From Octopus vulgaris (lineage: Eukaryota), in the NCBI GenBank assembly GCA_951406725.2, contig OX597835.1:42904001-42968000 (forward strand): 64,000 bases of DNA, in the 5' to 3' direction. The notes under the pieces were generated by a model. It saw only the letters and a program-made list of their open reading frames with translations. It ran no database searches and was not told where the DNA came from. Both the position numbers and the translations under genes were made by a program. This document shows, piece by piece, positions 1-13,005 of the stretch; position 1 is the stretch's first letter; the number at the start of each line of letters is the position of its first letter.

Positions 1-148
1 AACCCATGACCTTACAATTATCAGCCCAATGTCTTAACCATTAAGCCAAGTACCTGTCTCATAGAAAACAAAAATATGCTGTAGTAACAAATTCTTTTAA
101 ATTCTACATTACTTCAAGTGGAATACTGGCCATATTTATTATTCTATA

Positions 149-314
149 GGCATAGGAGTGGCTGTGTGGAAAGTAGCTTGCTTACCAACCACATGGTTCT
201 GGGTTCAGTCTCACTGCGTGGCACCTTGGGCAAGTGTCTTCTACTATAGCCTCAGGCCGACCAAAGCCTTGTGAGTGGATTTGGTAGACAGAAACTGAAA
301 GAAGCCTGTTGTGC

Positions 315-388
<74 letters not shown>

Positions 389-552
389 GTGTTGTGTTTA
401 CACCCCCTTAACTTAGCAGTTCGGTAAAAGAGACCGATAGAGTAAGTACTAGGCTTACAAAGAATTAGTCCCGGGGTCGATTTGCTCAACTGAAGGCGGT
501 GCTCCAGCATGGCTGCAGTCAAATGACTGAAACAAGTAGAGAGTAAAAGAAT
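149..552 (+). mobile_element. tRNA-derived SINE, family A (octopus-type), with internal (TA)n(TG)n
   Basis: Head ggagtggctgtgtgg...gggttcagtc with A/B-box-like motifs. Tail ...gtcaaatgactgaaacaagta. Many near-identical copies in the window. Confidence 0.85.
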
Positions 553-1214
553 AAGTACAAAATTTGCCATGACACTAAAATCTGGGTCTTGGCTTTCAGT
601 TGTGCTAGGGTCTAGGGGAAGGGAAAGGGACATTGCAGGGGAGAAGTATTAGCAACTGTTTCAATTAGATTGGAGGAAGTTGTAGTAGATGAGAAGGGGG
701 GGGTCCTTGTAGAAGAAGGGGGAAGTAACAAATGGGAAAAGGGGGGAGGTACTTGTAGAGGAGGGAGATGAAATGGCATCACAAATGTAATTTTCTGACA
801 GTTTATCATTGCAATGTTGACTGAAGGATCCTCAAAAATAGCAGCCAAATCCCCCTTAAACCATCTTATGTTGTCTTAATACAAGAAAGAACATATGGAA
901 TAAATGCAATCCTAGTAAACCCCTAAAAAGGAGAGGGGATAGTTTTGGCTTTGATGCTTTTGATCATATGTCTGATTTATCATAGCTGACCTAGGGTTAA
1001 AGAACAACACTAACAACTGAGGGAGCTTCTATGTGGTCATTCAATCAGCTAGAAATAGCAGCCAAATCTCCTTCAAATCACTCCTTACCATACTGAATCA
1101 ACAACAGCAACAATAACAGCCAACAGTTTGAAAACAATTTACAACATAATTACATAAATAAAATATGGAAAAAAAACCCAATCAATCAATAAAGATCAAT
1201 AAAATAATTCTTAC

Positions 1215-1287
1215 AACTTTGACATTTGACCAAAGACAGGAACTGTAGAACAGCCACTAAGAGTAAAAGTGTTCGATTCTTAACCAT
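1215..1287 (-). CDS. First coding exon of an unidentified secreted or type I membrane protein gene (signal peptide); gene continues left of the window
   Basis: ACCATGG start context, MVKNRTLLLLVAVLQFLSLVKCQS, 73 nt, phase-1 donor GTAAGA. An in-frame TAA lies upstream. Polypyrimidine acceptor ttttctgttttctatttgctag places the exon start at 1639. Confidence 0.7.
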
Positions 1288-1639
1288 GGTTCTTGTAGAG
1301 GATTCTACAAATCTGTTATGCAATTTCTTATGGCGCTTAGTAAATGATATGGTCTGTGAGGAGTCTTATATACTAAAACACTTCTCATTAAATACGTTGC
1401 TGTTGGCAGCCACATCACATTCGGTAAACCTGACATTATCCAGCTGGGAGAGACAGAAGTGTGGGTTGTTTGAGATGAAAGTACAGGTTGAAATTACACG
1501 GAAAGCACGTAGGCTTTAGAAATCCTAATAGCTTGTTACTGTTGTTTTCATTGTTGTTTGTTATTATTGTTATTATTGACTGTCATAAGTCATTATCTGA
1601 AAATGTTGTTGTGTTATTGTTTAAACAGCTGCGCAAATC
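1288..1639 (-). other. Probable 5' UTR part of the signal-peptide exon, with seven upstream ATGs
   Basis: Non-repetitive sequence between the acceptor AG at 1641-1640 and the ATG at 1287. Plus-strand CAT at 1386, 1413, 1418, 1434, 1549, 1584 and 1591. Confidence 0.55.
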
Positions 1640-2462
1640 CTAGCAAATAGAAAACAGAAAAAGTGATTAAATTATTTGTAAAGTTCCAAAATGGCAGATG
1701 TCCTGAGGGTGTTAGGGGAGAAGTGTTGGTATTGAGATTATCAATATTTTATTATTTCGAATTGATCCTCAGGTCGTATTCTATAATTTAAGTGGTTTAT
1801 TTATTGAACAGATGAATTTAACGAGTGGGAAACAGGTTTTCAGATCTTGCATTAATTATGTGATATTGCGATCCCTCATGATGGAAATAGCTTTTGATTG
1901 AGTTTAAAAACACCATAGAGAAACATAAAAGAAAACACCGGGCAGTCACTCAGGCTAAATAAACATTTCAGTCTCTACAAAGACCGCATTTCATGTGGAC
2001 AGCAGTTGACTATCTCTTATCTGTTGTTGGTTTCAGTCACTGGCCTGCACTCATGCTGGGGCACCACATTGGAAGAATTTTAATTGGACAAATCAACCCC
2101 AGTGCTTTTTTTTTCTCTTTGGTTTTTTTGAGGCCTGGTATTTATTTCATTGGTTTCTTTTGCCACACTGTTAAGTTACAGGGATGTAAACAAACCAACG
2201 TCGGTTGTAAAACAGTGGTGGGAGACAAAAAACAGACACAAACACACACATGCACGTACATGCATATACACATGCACATACATATGTACATACATACATA
2301 CATATATACAGACATAGACATGCATATACATACATACATGCATACACACATGCACATACATACATACATACATACATACACACATACATATATGCATGCA
2401 CATACATACACACATACATGCATGCAAACATACATACATACATACATACATGCATGCATGCA

Positions 2463-2527
<65 letters not shown>

Positions 2528-3463
2528 CGGAGGCAATGGGGCTGAGTTCCTTTTGAGTGTTGAGCCTCATAGAGGCAATGACCAAGACCTTTGGCATTAT
2601 GTCGTGCTTGAGAAGAAGACCCATCAAGCCAAGGAAAATTGCAGTCATGGCAGATACCAATGTCACACAAATTGGCACCCATGTTGGTGGCACATAAATG
2701 AACCCCGGCGTTACACAAATGGCACTCATGCCGGTGGCAATATAAAAGCACCTATTGCACTCTCGGAGTGGTTGGCATTAGAAAGGTCATCCAGCAGTAG
2801 AAACCATGCCAAATCAGATTGGAGTCAGTCCACTTATGACCTGTGCTAACTGAGTATAGATGTGGTTTTTAGAGCCATTTGGTGTCTATTTCTAGCACAT
2901 TGGTGGAGTTTATCTGCACCCTCTAATATAATTATATCATATAATTATAAATTGATATAAATTGTTACTTACATGCTGCCCACTTAATAAAGTCATTAAA
3001 ATGGCTTTATCCTTAAATTCATTATCATCATTGTTTAACACTATACTTGTTCCACGTCCTTGCGTTGTTGTGTTTTCTCTTTGTTCATGTTTGGATTAAC
3101 TACATCATGGGTTGGACAGTCTGACTGAGGTCTGGAGAGCTAGCGGCTGCACCAGGCTTCAATCTGATCTGGTAATGTTTCTACAGCTGGATGCTCTTCC
3201 TAATGCCACTCCGAGATATATATATATATATATATACACATATATACGATGAGCGTTTTTCAGTTTCCACCTACCAAATCCACTCACAAGGCTTTGGTTG
3301 GCCCGAGACTATAGTAGAAGACACTTGCCCATGGTGCTGTGCAGTGGGACTGAACCTGGAACTATGTGGTTGGTACGCAAGCTACTTACCACACAGCCAC
3401 TCATGCGCCTATATATATATAATGCGCTTGCCTTAGATTTTCCTTTGGGGCTGGCCAGATCGG

Positions 3464-3525
3464 AGCAATCTCAAGATTAATCAGCTGAAATTGCTAGGAT
3501 GATCCGGTTCTTGACTGAAGATTGA
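3464..3525 (+). ncRNA. Non-circularly permuted hammerhead ribozyme-like motif
   Basis: agcaa-UC | ucaaga, uuaa, ucag-cu-GAAA-uugcu, 13 nt, ucuuga-CUGAAGA-uuga. Stems III (agcaa/uugcu), I (ucaaga/ucuuga) and II (uuga/ucag) all pair around the hammerhead core nucleotides. Confidence 0.7.
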
Positions 3526-3605
3526 AGGCTTCGAATGTCCCGTCCATGTTTTTTGTATCACCTTCTAAATGTTTTACGTTCTTGTCCCAGTTTGTATTTT
3601 TTTAC

Positions 3606-3673
<68 letters not shown>

Positions 3674-3871
3674 ATAAATATTAGATACAGAAAAATAAAT
3701 TTTTTTATTTTCAAACCACTATTTTGCAAAACAAAGAAAGACTTAATCAATACATAAAATTTTAATTTTAATTTTAATTTTAATTTTAATTTTAATTTTA
3801 ATTTTATATGTATGATAATGTTTGTTTTCTAATGGTTTTTCTCTAATTATTTTATATATATATATATATAT

Positions 3872-4192
3872 AAAGATACAGAAATAAATTTTTATTTTCA
3901 AACGCGTGATAATGCTAATAAATTAGATCAGGATAAATTATCCATACACTGTAGAAAAATATGTTACTGGCCAGCCATGTAACATATTTTTCTACAGTGT
4001 ATGGATAATTTATCCTGATCACGCTAATTTATTAGCATTATCAAGCGTTTGAAAATAAAAATTTATTTCTGTATCTTTCAATACATCTCAACGCTTCTAA
4101 AATAAACTTTGTTTACTTTCATCATAAGTTTTATATATACATTTGATTTAATCCTAAATCTAATTTTCCCCTGTAAGTTTGGATATACTCCC
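3872..4192. repeat. Foldback: ~96-bp inverted repeat within a small element
   Basis: Arms 3872-3967 and 3979-4078, near-identical with one 4-nt indel and an 11-nt spacer. The terminus tttcccctgtaagtttgga..tatactccc is shared with about 13209-13238. Confidence 0.85.
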
Positions 4193-4592
4193 GTGCAGGA
4201 GTGGCTGTGTGGTAAGTAGCTTGCTTACCAACCACATGGATCCGGGTTCAGTCCCACTGCGTGGCACCTTGGGCAAGTGTCTTCTACTATAGCCTCGGGC
4301 CGACCAAAGCCTTGTGAGTGGATTTGGTAGACAGAAACTGAAATAAGAAGCCCGTCGTATATATGTGTATATATATATATGTGTGCGTGTATGTTTGTGT
4401 GTCCGTGTTTGTCCCATTAGCATTGCTTGACAACCGATGCTGGTGTGTTTATGTCCCCGTCACTTAGCGGTTCGGCAAAAGAGACCGATAGAATAAGTAC
4501 TGGGCTTACAAAGAATAAGTCCCAGGGTCGAGTTACTCGACTAAAGGTGGTGCTTCAGCATGGCCGCAGCCAAATGACTGAAATAAGTAAAA
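4193..4592 (+). mobile_element. SINE family A
   Basis: Full-length match to 149-552. Confidence 0.85.
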
Positions 4593-4595
4593 GGG

Positions 4596-4661
<66 letters not shown>

Positions 4662-5788
4662 CATACATATACACACAAATGAGGCTGTGTTTTCTAAAAC
4701 CTGTGATTGGCGTGAAAGATTAAGACACTAGGATATTTTCCTACTTTCTTGACATGAAGCCAATAATGGCTTTAATTCACAAATAAAGAAATTTTATCCA
4801 CCAATGCAATGTTGAACACTCATTTTTGTCATTCGACATTTATGCATATATGTATGTATATGCATGTGTGTGTATGTGTGTATTTTGTTATTCGACATTT
4901 ATGTATATATGTATATATATGCATGTGTGTGTGTATGTGTGTTTGTATTTATGTGTGTGTCTGCGTCTGTGCTACGCCCCCCCATAACTTAGTGGTTCGG
5001 CAAAAGGGACTGGTAGAATAAGCACTAGGCTTACAAAAAATAAGTCCTGGAGATGATTTCTTTGACTGTAACCCATTAAGGCAGTACTCCAGCATGGCCG
5101 CAGTCAAAAGGACTGAAACTAGTAAAAGAACAAAAGAATGTTCTCAGAATTAATCAAAAGAATGGTATTGTATTGGGTGGTCATGTATATTTGCTTCGTT
5201 CCAATATTATTTGAATTAACCCAGAATTTATTGATATTTTCGTGTTTTAGGTTTTTTGTGACTCGATTCTTCCTCGACATCTTTTGTTTAATGTTTTTGG
5301 AAATTTGAATAAATTCTACTTCTGTTCAGATATTCGATGATGGAATGCCAAGGAGATAAAAGAAAAAATAACATTTTCCATACTTGTTTCTTTTTGCTTT
5401 CACTCAATGTTCCAAAACTGCCAAGGCCTCGAGAGACAACATATGAAGAAGGTACTATTCCTGGAAGAGTGGTACAGAAGTGGTTTCCCGTTGTTGACCC
5501 GCGATGAGAGCTCTGCTGCTGTCTTTCTGTCCTGGCTGCCTTCAAGTAGAGACAGCACTTTCTGTTGCTCCTTCGCCGTTCTCAAAAATAGCGTTCGTAA
5601 TATTTTATCTCATTTGGCTTATCAGCCCTTCTTGTTTGTGTTACTGTTATTCTCCTTATCCTGTCTTTTACTATTTATATTTTATACTGTCGTTACTGTC
5701 CTGTTTTTGTTACCATTTTTACCCCTCCGCAAAAAAATCTCAAATTTTATTTAATTTGCTTTTCGCGGGAAGGAATGTTTCATTAAAG

Positions 5789-5848
5789 TTGTGTCTCGCC
5801 TTGACCTTCGAAACGTGGAGTAGATGAAACAAAGGCGACTGAAGGAGG
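5789..5848 (+). ncRNA. Non-circularly permuted hammerhead-like motif, partly decayed
   Basis: uugug-UC | ucgccuu, ga, ccu-uc-GAAA-cgugg, 13 nt, aaggcga-CUGAAGG-agg. Perfect 7-bp stem I, G-U-rich stem III, core A9 changed to G. Confidence 0.6.
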
Positions 5849-6409
5849 GGAATTTTCCTTGTTTTGTATGTCCTGTACTCTATTTTTTCGTTGTTTAAGA
5901 AAAATGTCCATTTCCTTGGTTTTGTGTTTATGTTTTCGTTTCTCATCGTGTTCGACGTTTTTTTGGTGTCCTGTACCCATATATGCATGTATATATACAT
6001 GTAGAGGTAGGTACGTACATATATGTATGTATATATGCATATGTTTTATTTATTTATTAATTTATTACATACATTCATATGTATATTGTTGTAATTGTCA
6101 TTTTAGTAAATAAATAAATTGACATAATATAATGTCTAAAAGTTGATGACTACCACCTATTAATCCCCTCCATTTTCTTATTGCTCTCTCTCTCTATATA
6201 TATATATATTGATATTAATGGTAAGACAACAAAAGAATGAAAGAGACCTTGATATTATGTAAATAGAGGAATTTATCTGTAATTAAAATATAGAGTATAT
6301 TTTAATTGCCTCAATAACTAAAGAGATACTGGAACAAGTTTCCACTTGGAGTTTTATTATGGCAACCGAATAATTGTCACATTTATTGCAAATATACATG
6401 TGACTGTGT

Positions 6410-6596
6410 GTGTATCGTTGGCGATTTTCTTTCTCCGTCTTGCCTTCCTTGGACCTTTCCTTTTTCTATGTTTCTGACGAAGAGCTCCACTCAAAACGTT
6501 CCTTCTTTCTTTCCTTTCCTGAGCATCCAATAACACTATACTTGTTCCACGTCCTCGTGTTGTTGTGTTTTCTCTTTGTTCATGTTTGGATTAACT
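6410..6596 (+). mobile_element. Small repeat with decayed hammerhead core (probable Penelope-like non-autonomous element)
   Basis: CTGACGA-a-gag ctcca ctc-AAAAcg at 6474-6498. Its 3' tail (gttccacgtcc...tttggattaac) recurs at about 3045-3102 and 34785-34862. Confidence 0.5.
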
Positions 6597-7096
6597 ATAT
6601 ATATATATCATCATCATCATCATCATTCATTTAGCGTCCGTTTTCCATGCTAGCATGGGTTGGACGGTTCAACTGGGGTCTGGGGTGCCCGAAGGCTGCA
6701 CCAGGCCAGTCAGATCTGGCAGTGTTTCTGCAGCTGGATGCCCTTCCTAACGCCAACCACTCCGAGAGTGTAGTGGGTGATTTTATGTGCCACCGACACA
6801 GGTGCCAGACGAGGCTGGCGAACGGCCACGCTCGGATGGTGTTTTTTATGTGCCACCGACACAGGTGCCAGATGAGGCTGGCAGACGGCCACGCGCGGAT
6901 GGTGTTTTTATGTGCCCGCAGCACGGAGGCTAGTCGATGCGGTACTGGCTACGGCCACGTTCGGATGGTTTTCTTGTGTGCCATGTGCCACCGGCACTGG
7001 TACCACAAAGATACAAATTCCATTGATATACATATACATATATATATATGTATATATATATATGTATGTATATATATATATATATATATGTATATG

Positions 7097-7127
<31 letters not shown>

Positions 7128-7129
7128 AT

Positions 7130-7260
7130 ATAATATAAGGGATATTAGCCAACTGAATATGGCTAGGGACAGGGCAGGGTGGTGGGGTTGTCACTGTCCC
7201 ACCCCCACCACCCTGCCCTGTCCCTAGCCATATTCAGTTGGCTAATATCCCTTATATTAT
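7130..7260. repeat. Perfect 58-bp inverted repeat with 15-nt loop
   Basis: 7130-7187 is the reverse complement of 7203-7260. Confidence 0.92.
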
Positions 7261-7436
7261 GGAGCAGTCACTGTCTATATCTCATTTAGAGAATTATTAT
7301 TGCTATATATATATATATATATATGCATACACCCATAGACACACATAAATGTAACCATCAACATAATCTTTCTCACTCATAACACTTGTATATTCTGAAA
7401 ATACAATTTTACCAAATAAAGTGCACTTCGTATTCA

Positions 7437-7518
7437 AAGCTCTGATGAAGCTATAGAGTGTTATCCACGTACTCAACTAAGAGTCCATCACATCTTATAG
7501 CAGAAACGGCTGCAAGCT
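7437..7518 (+). ncRNA. Degenerate type I hammerhead motif
   Basis: agcu-CUGAUGA-a gcuaua...uauagc a-GAAA-cggcug-CA-agcu. The conserved U16.1 is replaced by C. Confidence 0.55.
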
Positions 7519-7675
7519 AATGAAGTTCATTCCAGAACATTTTGGGATTTTTCCAGTGTCATCTCTTTGTTTCCTATTACCACTCTTTACTCATCTAACA
7601 TTGTGTTCTGGATGATGTGTATATTGAGTTCTACACCAGATTATTAGTCTCGCTATGTCCAAGTGAAATATCAAA

Positions 7676-7731
<56 letters not shown>

Positions 7732-9630
7732 GTCGTCTGTGTGTCCATAAGTCAGGAGAAATGTGCACTTGTATATTTATCAATAGAGTGGGTATATTAT
7801 CCAAAGAGGATAGTGTCATCATCATCATCATCATTGTTTAACGTGTGTTTTCCATGCTGGCATGGGTTGGACAGTTTGACTGATGTCTGGAAAGCTAGGA
7901 GGCTGCACCAGGCTCCAATCTGATCTGGTAATGTTTCTACAGAAAGATGCCCTTCCTAATGCCAACCACTCTGAGAGTTTAATGAGTGCTTTTTACATGC
8001 CACTGGCACAGTCAGGCGCCCCTGGCCAGTCAGGTGCCCCTGGTCAGTCAGGTGCCCCTGGTATCAATCATGTTTAGATAGTTCTTTTTACGTGCCACCA
8101 GCCAATCAGGCAGACCTGGCATTGACCACATTTGGATGGTGCTTTTTACATGCCACTGGCACGGGAGCCAGTCAGGGGGCACTGGCCACAGCTATGATTT
8201 TGGTTTTACTCGACTCAACAGGTTTTCTCAAGGATACCATATTGCTCGACACATCAAGGGTACTTTATGTGTATCATCATCATCATCATCATCGTTTAAC
8301 GTCCGCTTTCCATGCTAGCATGGGTTGGACGGTTCAACTGGGGTCTGGGAAGCCAGAAGGCTGCACCAGGCCCAGTCTGATCTGGCAGTGTTTCTACAGC
8401 TGGATGCCCTTCCTAACGCCAACCACTCCATGAGTGTATATATATACATATATATATGTGTGTGTGTGTGTAAGTTACAATATATGAATTCAAGTAATCC
8501 AGTCGTGCTCATAAAAGTAACTCTTTAAAGTATCATTCTACATAAAACAGAATCTATTGTACGATACAAGAGAAATGACAGAGAAACGCTTTGAAGGATT
8601 TTTCTGCCTTTTGCATTTTGTATTAATGCTGGCATGTAAGTAATTTATCATTAAATACAATAATATAAATCATATACATGTCTTTAAGTTATGAAACAAT
8701 TTGTTGTGAAATTAGAATTTTTTTATTGTTAAATAAAATTTTGTCAAACTATTTCTCTTTGACAATATTGGTCATCTCAGAGCTATAGCAGAATATATTT
8801 GCACAAGGCTCCATGCAGTGGAACTGAACCAAGAACCACATGCTTGCAAAGTAAGTTTCTTAACCAGACAGCCATGCCTGTGTCTATGGAAGCAAGGATA
8901 GAACTGTAGAGGGTTGATACAACCAAGGAAGGATTGAGCCAAAATTTTAAATGTGAGCTGGGCCTAAGAGAAGGGGCCATTAAATACTACTCCCAGGTAC
9001 TGCCAAATAACAACAAACATTCACAAATTGGAAATCTCTCAAGATATTGATTTGGAATTAATTTCAAGAATTCTACAAAGGTATAAAACTGTTCCATAAC
9101 CTATATTAATCGAATTGAGAAAGATTAAGTGAAATTATTCGCTGAATTCCTCACTTTTTCCATTGTTTATTAGAATTTTAATATTTCTACCAATAAAAAA
9201 AAAACTGTCTGATTTCTGAATATTTCAATAGATGTTAGATATAGCTGTGATTTAAAAAAAATTCTTTCATAAAATGATATCAACTTAGATATATTTGTGT
9301 GTGTGAGTCTTCAGATGTACACACACACACACACGTGTATGTGTATATGTGTGTGTGTGTATGTGTCTGTGTGTGTGTGTATATATATATATATATACAT
9401 ACATACATACATACATACATACATACATACATACATACATACATACATACATACATACATACATACAAATATATATGTATATGAACACACACACATATAT
9501 GCACATATATATAAATATATATGCATACAGACACTTAAATCTAATAATTTTCATATTCATTAAACTTGCATCCATAATATATATATTTAAGGAATATTTA
9601 CTATATTTGATATTCAATATTAATGAATTA

Positions 9631-9709
<79 letters not shown>

Positions 9710-10367
9710 AACACACATATCTGTTTGTGTTGTTTGGCAATTATGAGAATTACTTTTAGAAAAAAGGAGCTGGTTTATATCAAAGAGAAAAACCTCCAAT
9801 CCTAGAATTTGTCTGCGTGGTCTCACCTGTTTTTTTATTATTTGAATTCTTCATGTAAGGGAGGAACTGGTTTCTAAGATACGAAGTTCCATTGTTGGAA
9901 TATTAACAAAAACAATGTCACATTTTAAACTTTGGAGAAGTTTTACTGTTCCACTTAGAGACTGTCTTTGTAAGGAACATACTAACTGGTTAATTTCTTT
10001 ATCTGAAAGCCTTAGCCTTTTCAGATTCTTACATGAATATTTACTTGTGGAGGTGCATGGCTTAGTGGTTCGGGTGTTGGACTCATGATCATAAGATTGT
10101 GGTTTCGATTCCTGGACCAAGCGGTGCATTGTGTTCTTGAGCAAAACACTTCATTTCATGTTGCTCCAGTCCACTCATCTGGCAAATGTGAGTAATCCTG
10201 TGACGGACAGGTGTCCCATCCAGGTGGGAGACATATACGCCATGGAAACTGCGAAAGGGGCCCTTATGAACCAGCATGACTCAAGAAGGAAACTTTACCT
10301 TTACCCTTTTTTTTTAAACCTTTATGTATTTACTCACAAAACCAAGGCCACGAGTTATTGTTGGTAT

Positions 10368-10398
<31 letters not shown>

Positions 10399-10595
10399 TT
10401 AATGTCCGTTGTCCATGCTGGCATGGGTTGGACAATTTGAGCAGAACTGACAAGCTGGGGAGTTACACAAGACTCGAGTCTGATTTGTTAGGGTTTCCAC
10501 AGCTGGATGCCCTTCCTAATGCCAACCACTTTACAGAGTGCGTTGGGTGCTTGTTATGTGGCACAACATGGACACTTTACACGTATTTATAGCCT

Positions 10596-10995
10596 TTATT
10601 CTTTTCTTTTACTTGTTTCAGGCATTTGACTGTGGCCATGCTGGAGCACCGCCTTTAGTCAAGCATATCGACCCCAGGACTTATTCTTTGGAAGCCTAGT
10701 ACTTATTCTATCGGTCTTTTTTGATGAACCTCTAAGTTAAGGGGGTGTAAACACAGCACCATTGGTTGTCAAGCGATAGTGGTGGGGACAAACACAGACA
10801 CAAACACACACACACATATATACATATACATATACAAGACAGGCTTCTTTCAGTTTCCATCTACCAAATCTACTCACAAGGCTTTGGTCGGCCCGAGGCT
10901 ATAGTAGAAGATACTTGCCCAAGGTGCCATGCAGTAGGACTGAACCTGGAACCATGTGGTTGGTTACGAAGCTACTTACCATACAGCCACTCTTG
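10596..10995 (-). mobile_element. SINE family A
   Basis: Reverse-complement match to family A. Confidence 0.8.
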
Positions 10996-12134
10996 CATCC
11001 TAAGCTGAAAGTTCCAAAGTTGTTGTCCATAGTTATCCTCTTTCCGTTGATTTTCTAAGAGATATTCGCATCAGTAGGGCAGCTGACCTCTACAATGGTA
11101 CTTACGGTTTCTTCTTTGTCACAAATTATGATATCTCAGCTGTTATATTTGCATTTGGTAGAAGTTTTGATGGGAATGTTTCGCCAATATTCCTTGTGTG
11201 CTGTTTAAAGTGACAAACAGTCAGAATTGTTAGCATATTTGGTGGCGTTTCATCTATCTTTACATTCTGAGTGTGGAGGCACAATGGCCCAGTGGTTAGA
11301 GCCGTGGACTCGTGGTTGTAGGATTGTGGTTTTGATTCCCAGACAGGGCGTTGTGAGTGTTTATTGAGCAAAAACACCTAAAGCTCCATGAGGCTCCAGC
11401 AGGGGTTGGTGGCAAACCCTGCTGTATTCTTCCACCACAACTTTCTCTCACTCTTTCTTCCTGTTTCTGTTGTACCTGTATTTCAAAGGCCCAACTTTGT
11501 CACTCTCTGTGTCACGCTGAATCTCCCCAAGAACTATGTTAAGGGTACATGTATCTGTGGAATGCTCAGCCATTTCCACATTAATTTCCCGAGCAGGCTA
11601 TTCTGTTGATCAGGTCAACTGGGACCGTTATTGTTATAACCGATGGAGTACCGAACTCTGAGGATTATTTCCTAAAACACATAATATGATATATAATATA
11701 TATCTATTATATACGACAGTTAAGTTTATAGTTTGTAATAATTTTTTTTTATATTAATCAAAATGTATTTTATTATATATTTCAAAGTAGATTTATTTAG
11801 ATGTTTATTTAATTAATTAATATTATATTAATGAATTTTATTACATTATAGTTTTTAAATTAATTTAGTTTATTAATTAGTGGTCATAATATAGATGTTT
11901 GAATTACTACTGAGTTAATATTGAATGTGTCTAAAAGTTATTTTATTTAAACAAAGATTTGACTCCAACATAACCATATTTTTATATATATAAAATAAAT
12001 CAATTTGTATAAGATTATTAGAGAATATACTGTAAATGGTAGTTATATAAATTATTTAATTTATAGAGTTTTGAGTATAATTTATTGTAGTTAATTATAA
12101 ATTTTAGGTTTATAGTGAAAGATATTATATTGTA

Positions 12135-12539
12135 TACTCTTTTACTCTTTTTTACTCTTTTACTTGTTTCAGTCATTTGACTGCGGCCATGCTGGAGCAC
12201 CACCTTTAATCGAGCAACTCGACCCGGGACTTATTCTTTGTAAGCCCAGTACTTATTCTATCGGTCTCTTTTGCCGAACCGCTAAGTGACAGGGACATAA
12301 ACACACCAGCATCGGTTGTTAAACAATACTAGGGGGACAAACACAGACACACAAACACATATATATATATATATACGACAGGCTTCTTTTCAGTTTCCTT
12401 CTACCAAATCCACTCACAAGGCTTTGGTCGGCCCGAGGCTATAGTAGAAGACACATGCCCAAGGTGCCACGCAGTGGGACTGAACCCGAAACCATGTGGT
12501 TGGTTAGCAAGCTACTTACCACACAGCCACTCCTGCGCC
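12135..12539 (-). mobile_element. SINE family A inserted in the AT-rich element
   Basis: Full-length reverse-complement copy with repeated GAGTAAAA tail. Confidence 0.85.
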
Positions 12540-12942
12540 TATATATAATCCTGTTCATTATAATTTAGATACTTATTTTTAAGTATTTATTATTTTATAA
12601 TTATTAGATGTAAACTTAAATCTAAAAATATTAATAGTGATTATTTTGTTAAATAATTTGGTAATTAAATTTTGGAGTATAACTGAGTTAAAGATAATCG
12701 AGAGTTTATTATGTTTTTTAAAGCCAAATTATATCTTCAAAGATAAATACATATTTCTATCTATTTTTTTTACTTTAAAAATTAAATATTTAACATAATA
12801 AATGTGTTGTAGGAAATAATCCTAATGTTTTAAGTTTCTAATTTAGTTAATGGAATTTTTTTCTATAAGAAAAATTATTATTTTAGTTATTTCTTATAAA
12901 TATTGCTTAACTCTATTTGCTTATTTATTTAACTATTATCAT

Positions 12943-13005
12943 TAACCTGAAGATTGACTATAATTTTAAATCGAATTTAATTGTAGCCATGAAACGTACA
13001 TAGTG
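12943..13005 (+). ncRNA. Degenerate type I hammerhead motif
   Basis: CUGAAGA-u ugacuauaauu...aauuguagcca u-GAAA-cguaca-UA. Long stem II with one mismatch, near-palindromic stem III, weak stem I. Confidence 0.5.
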
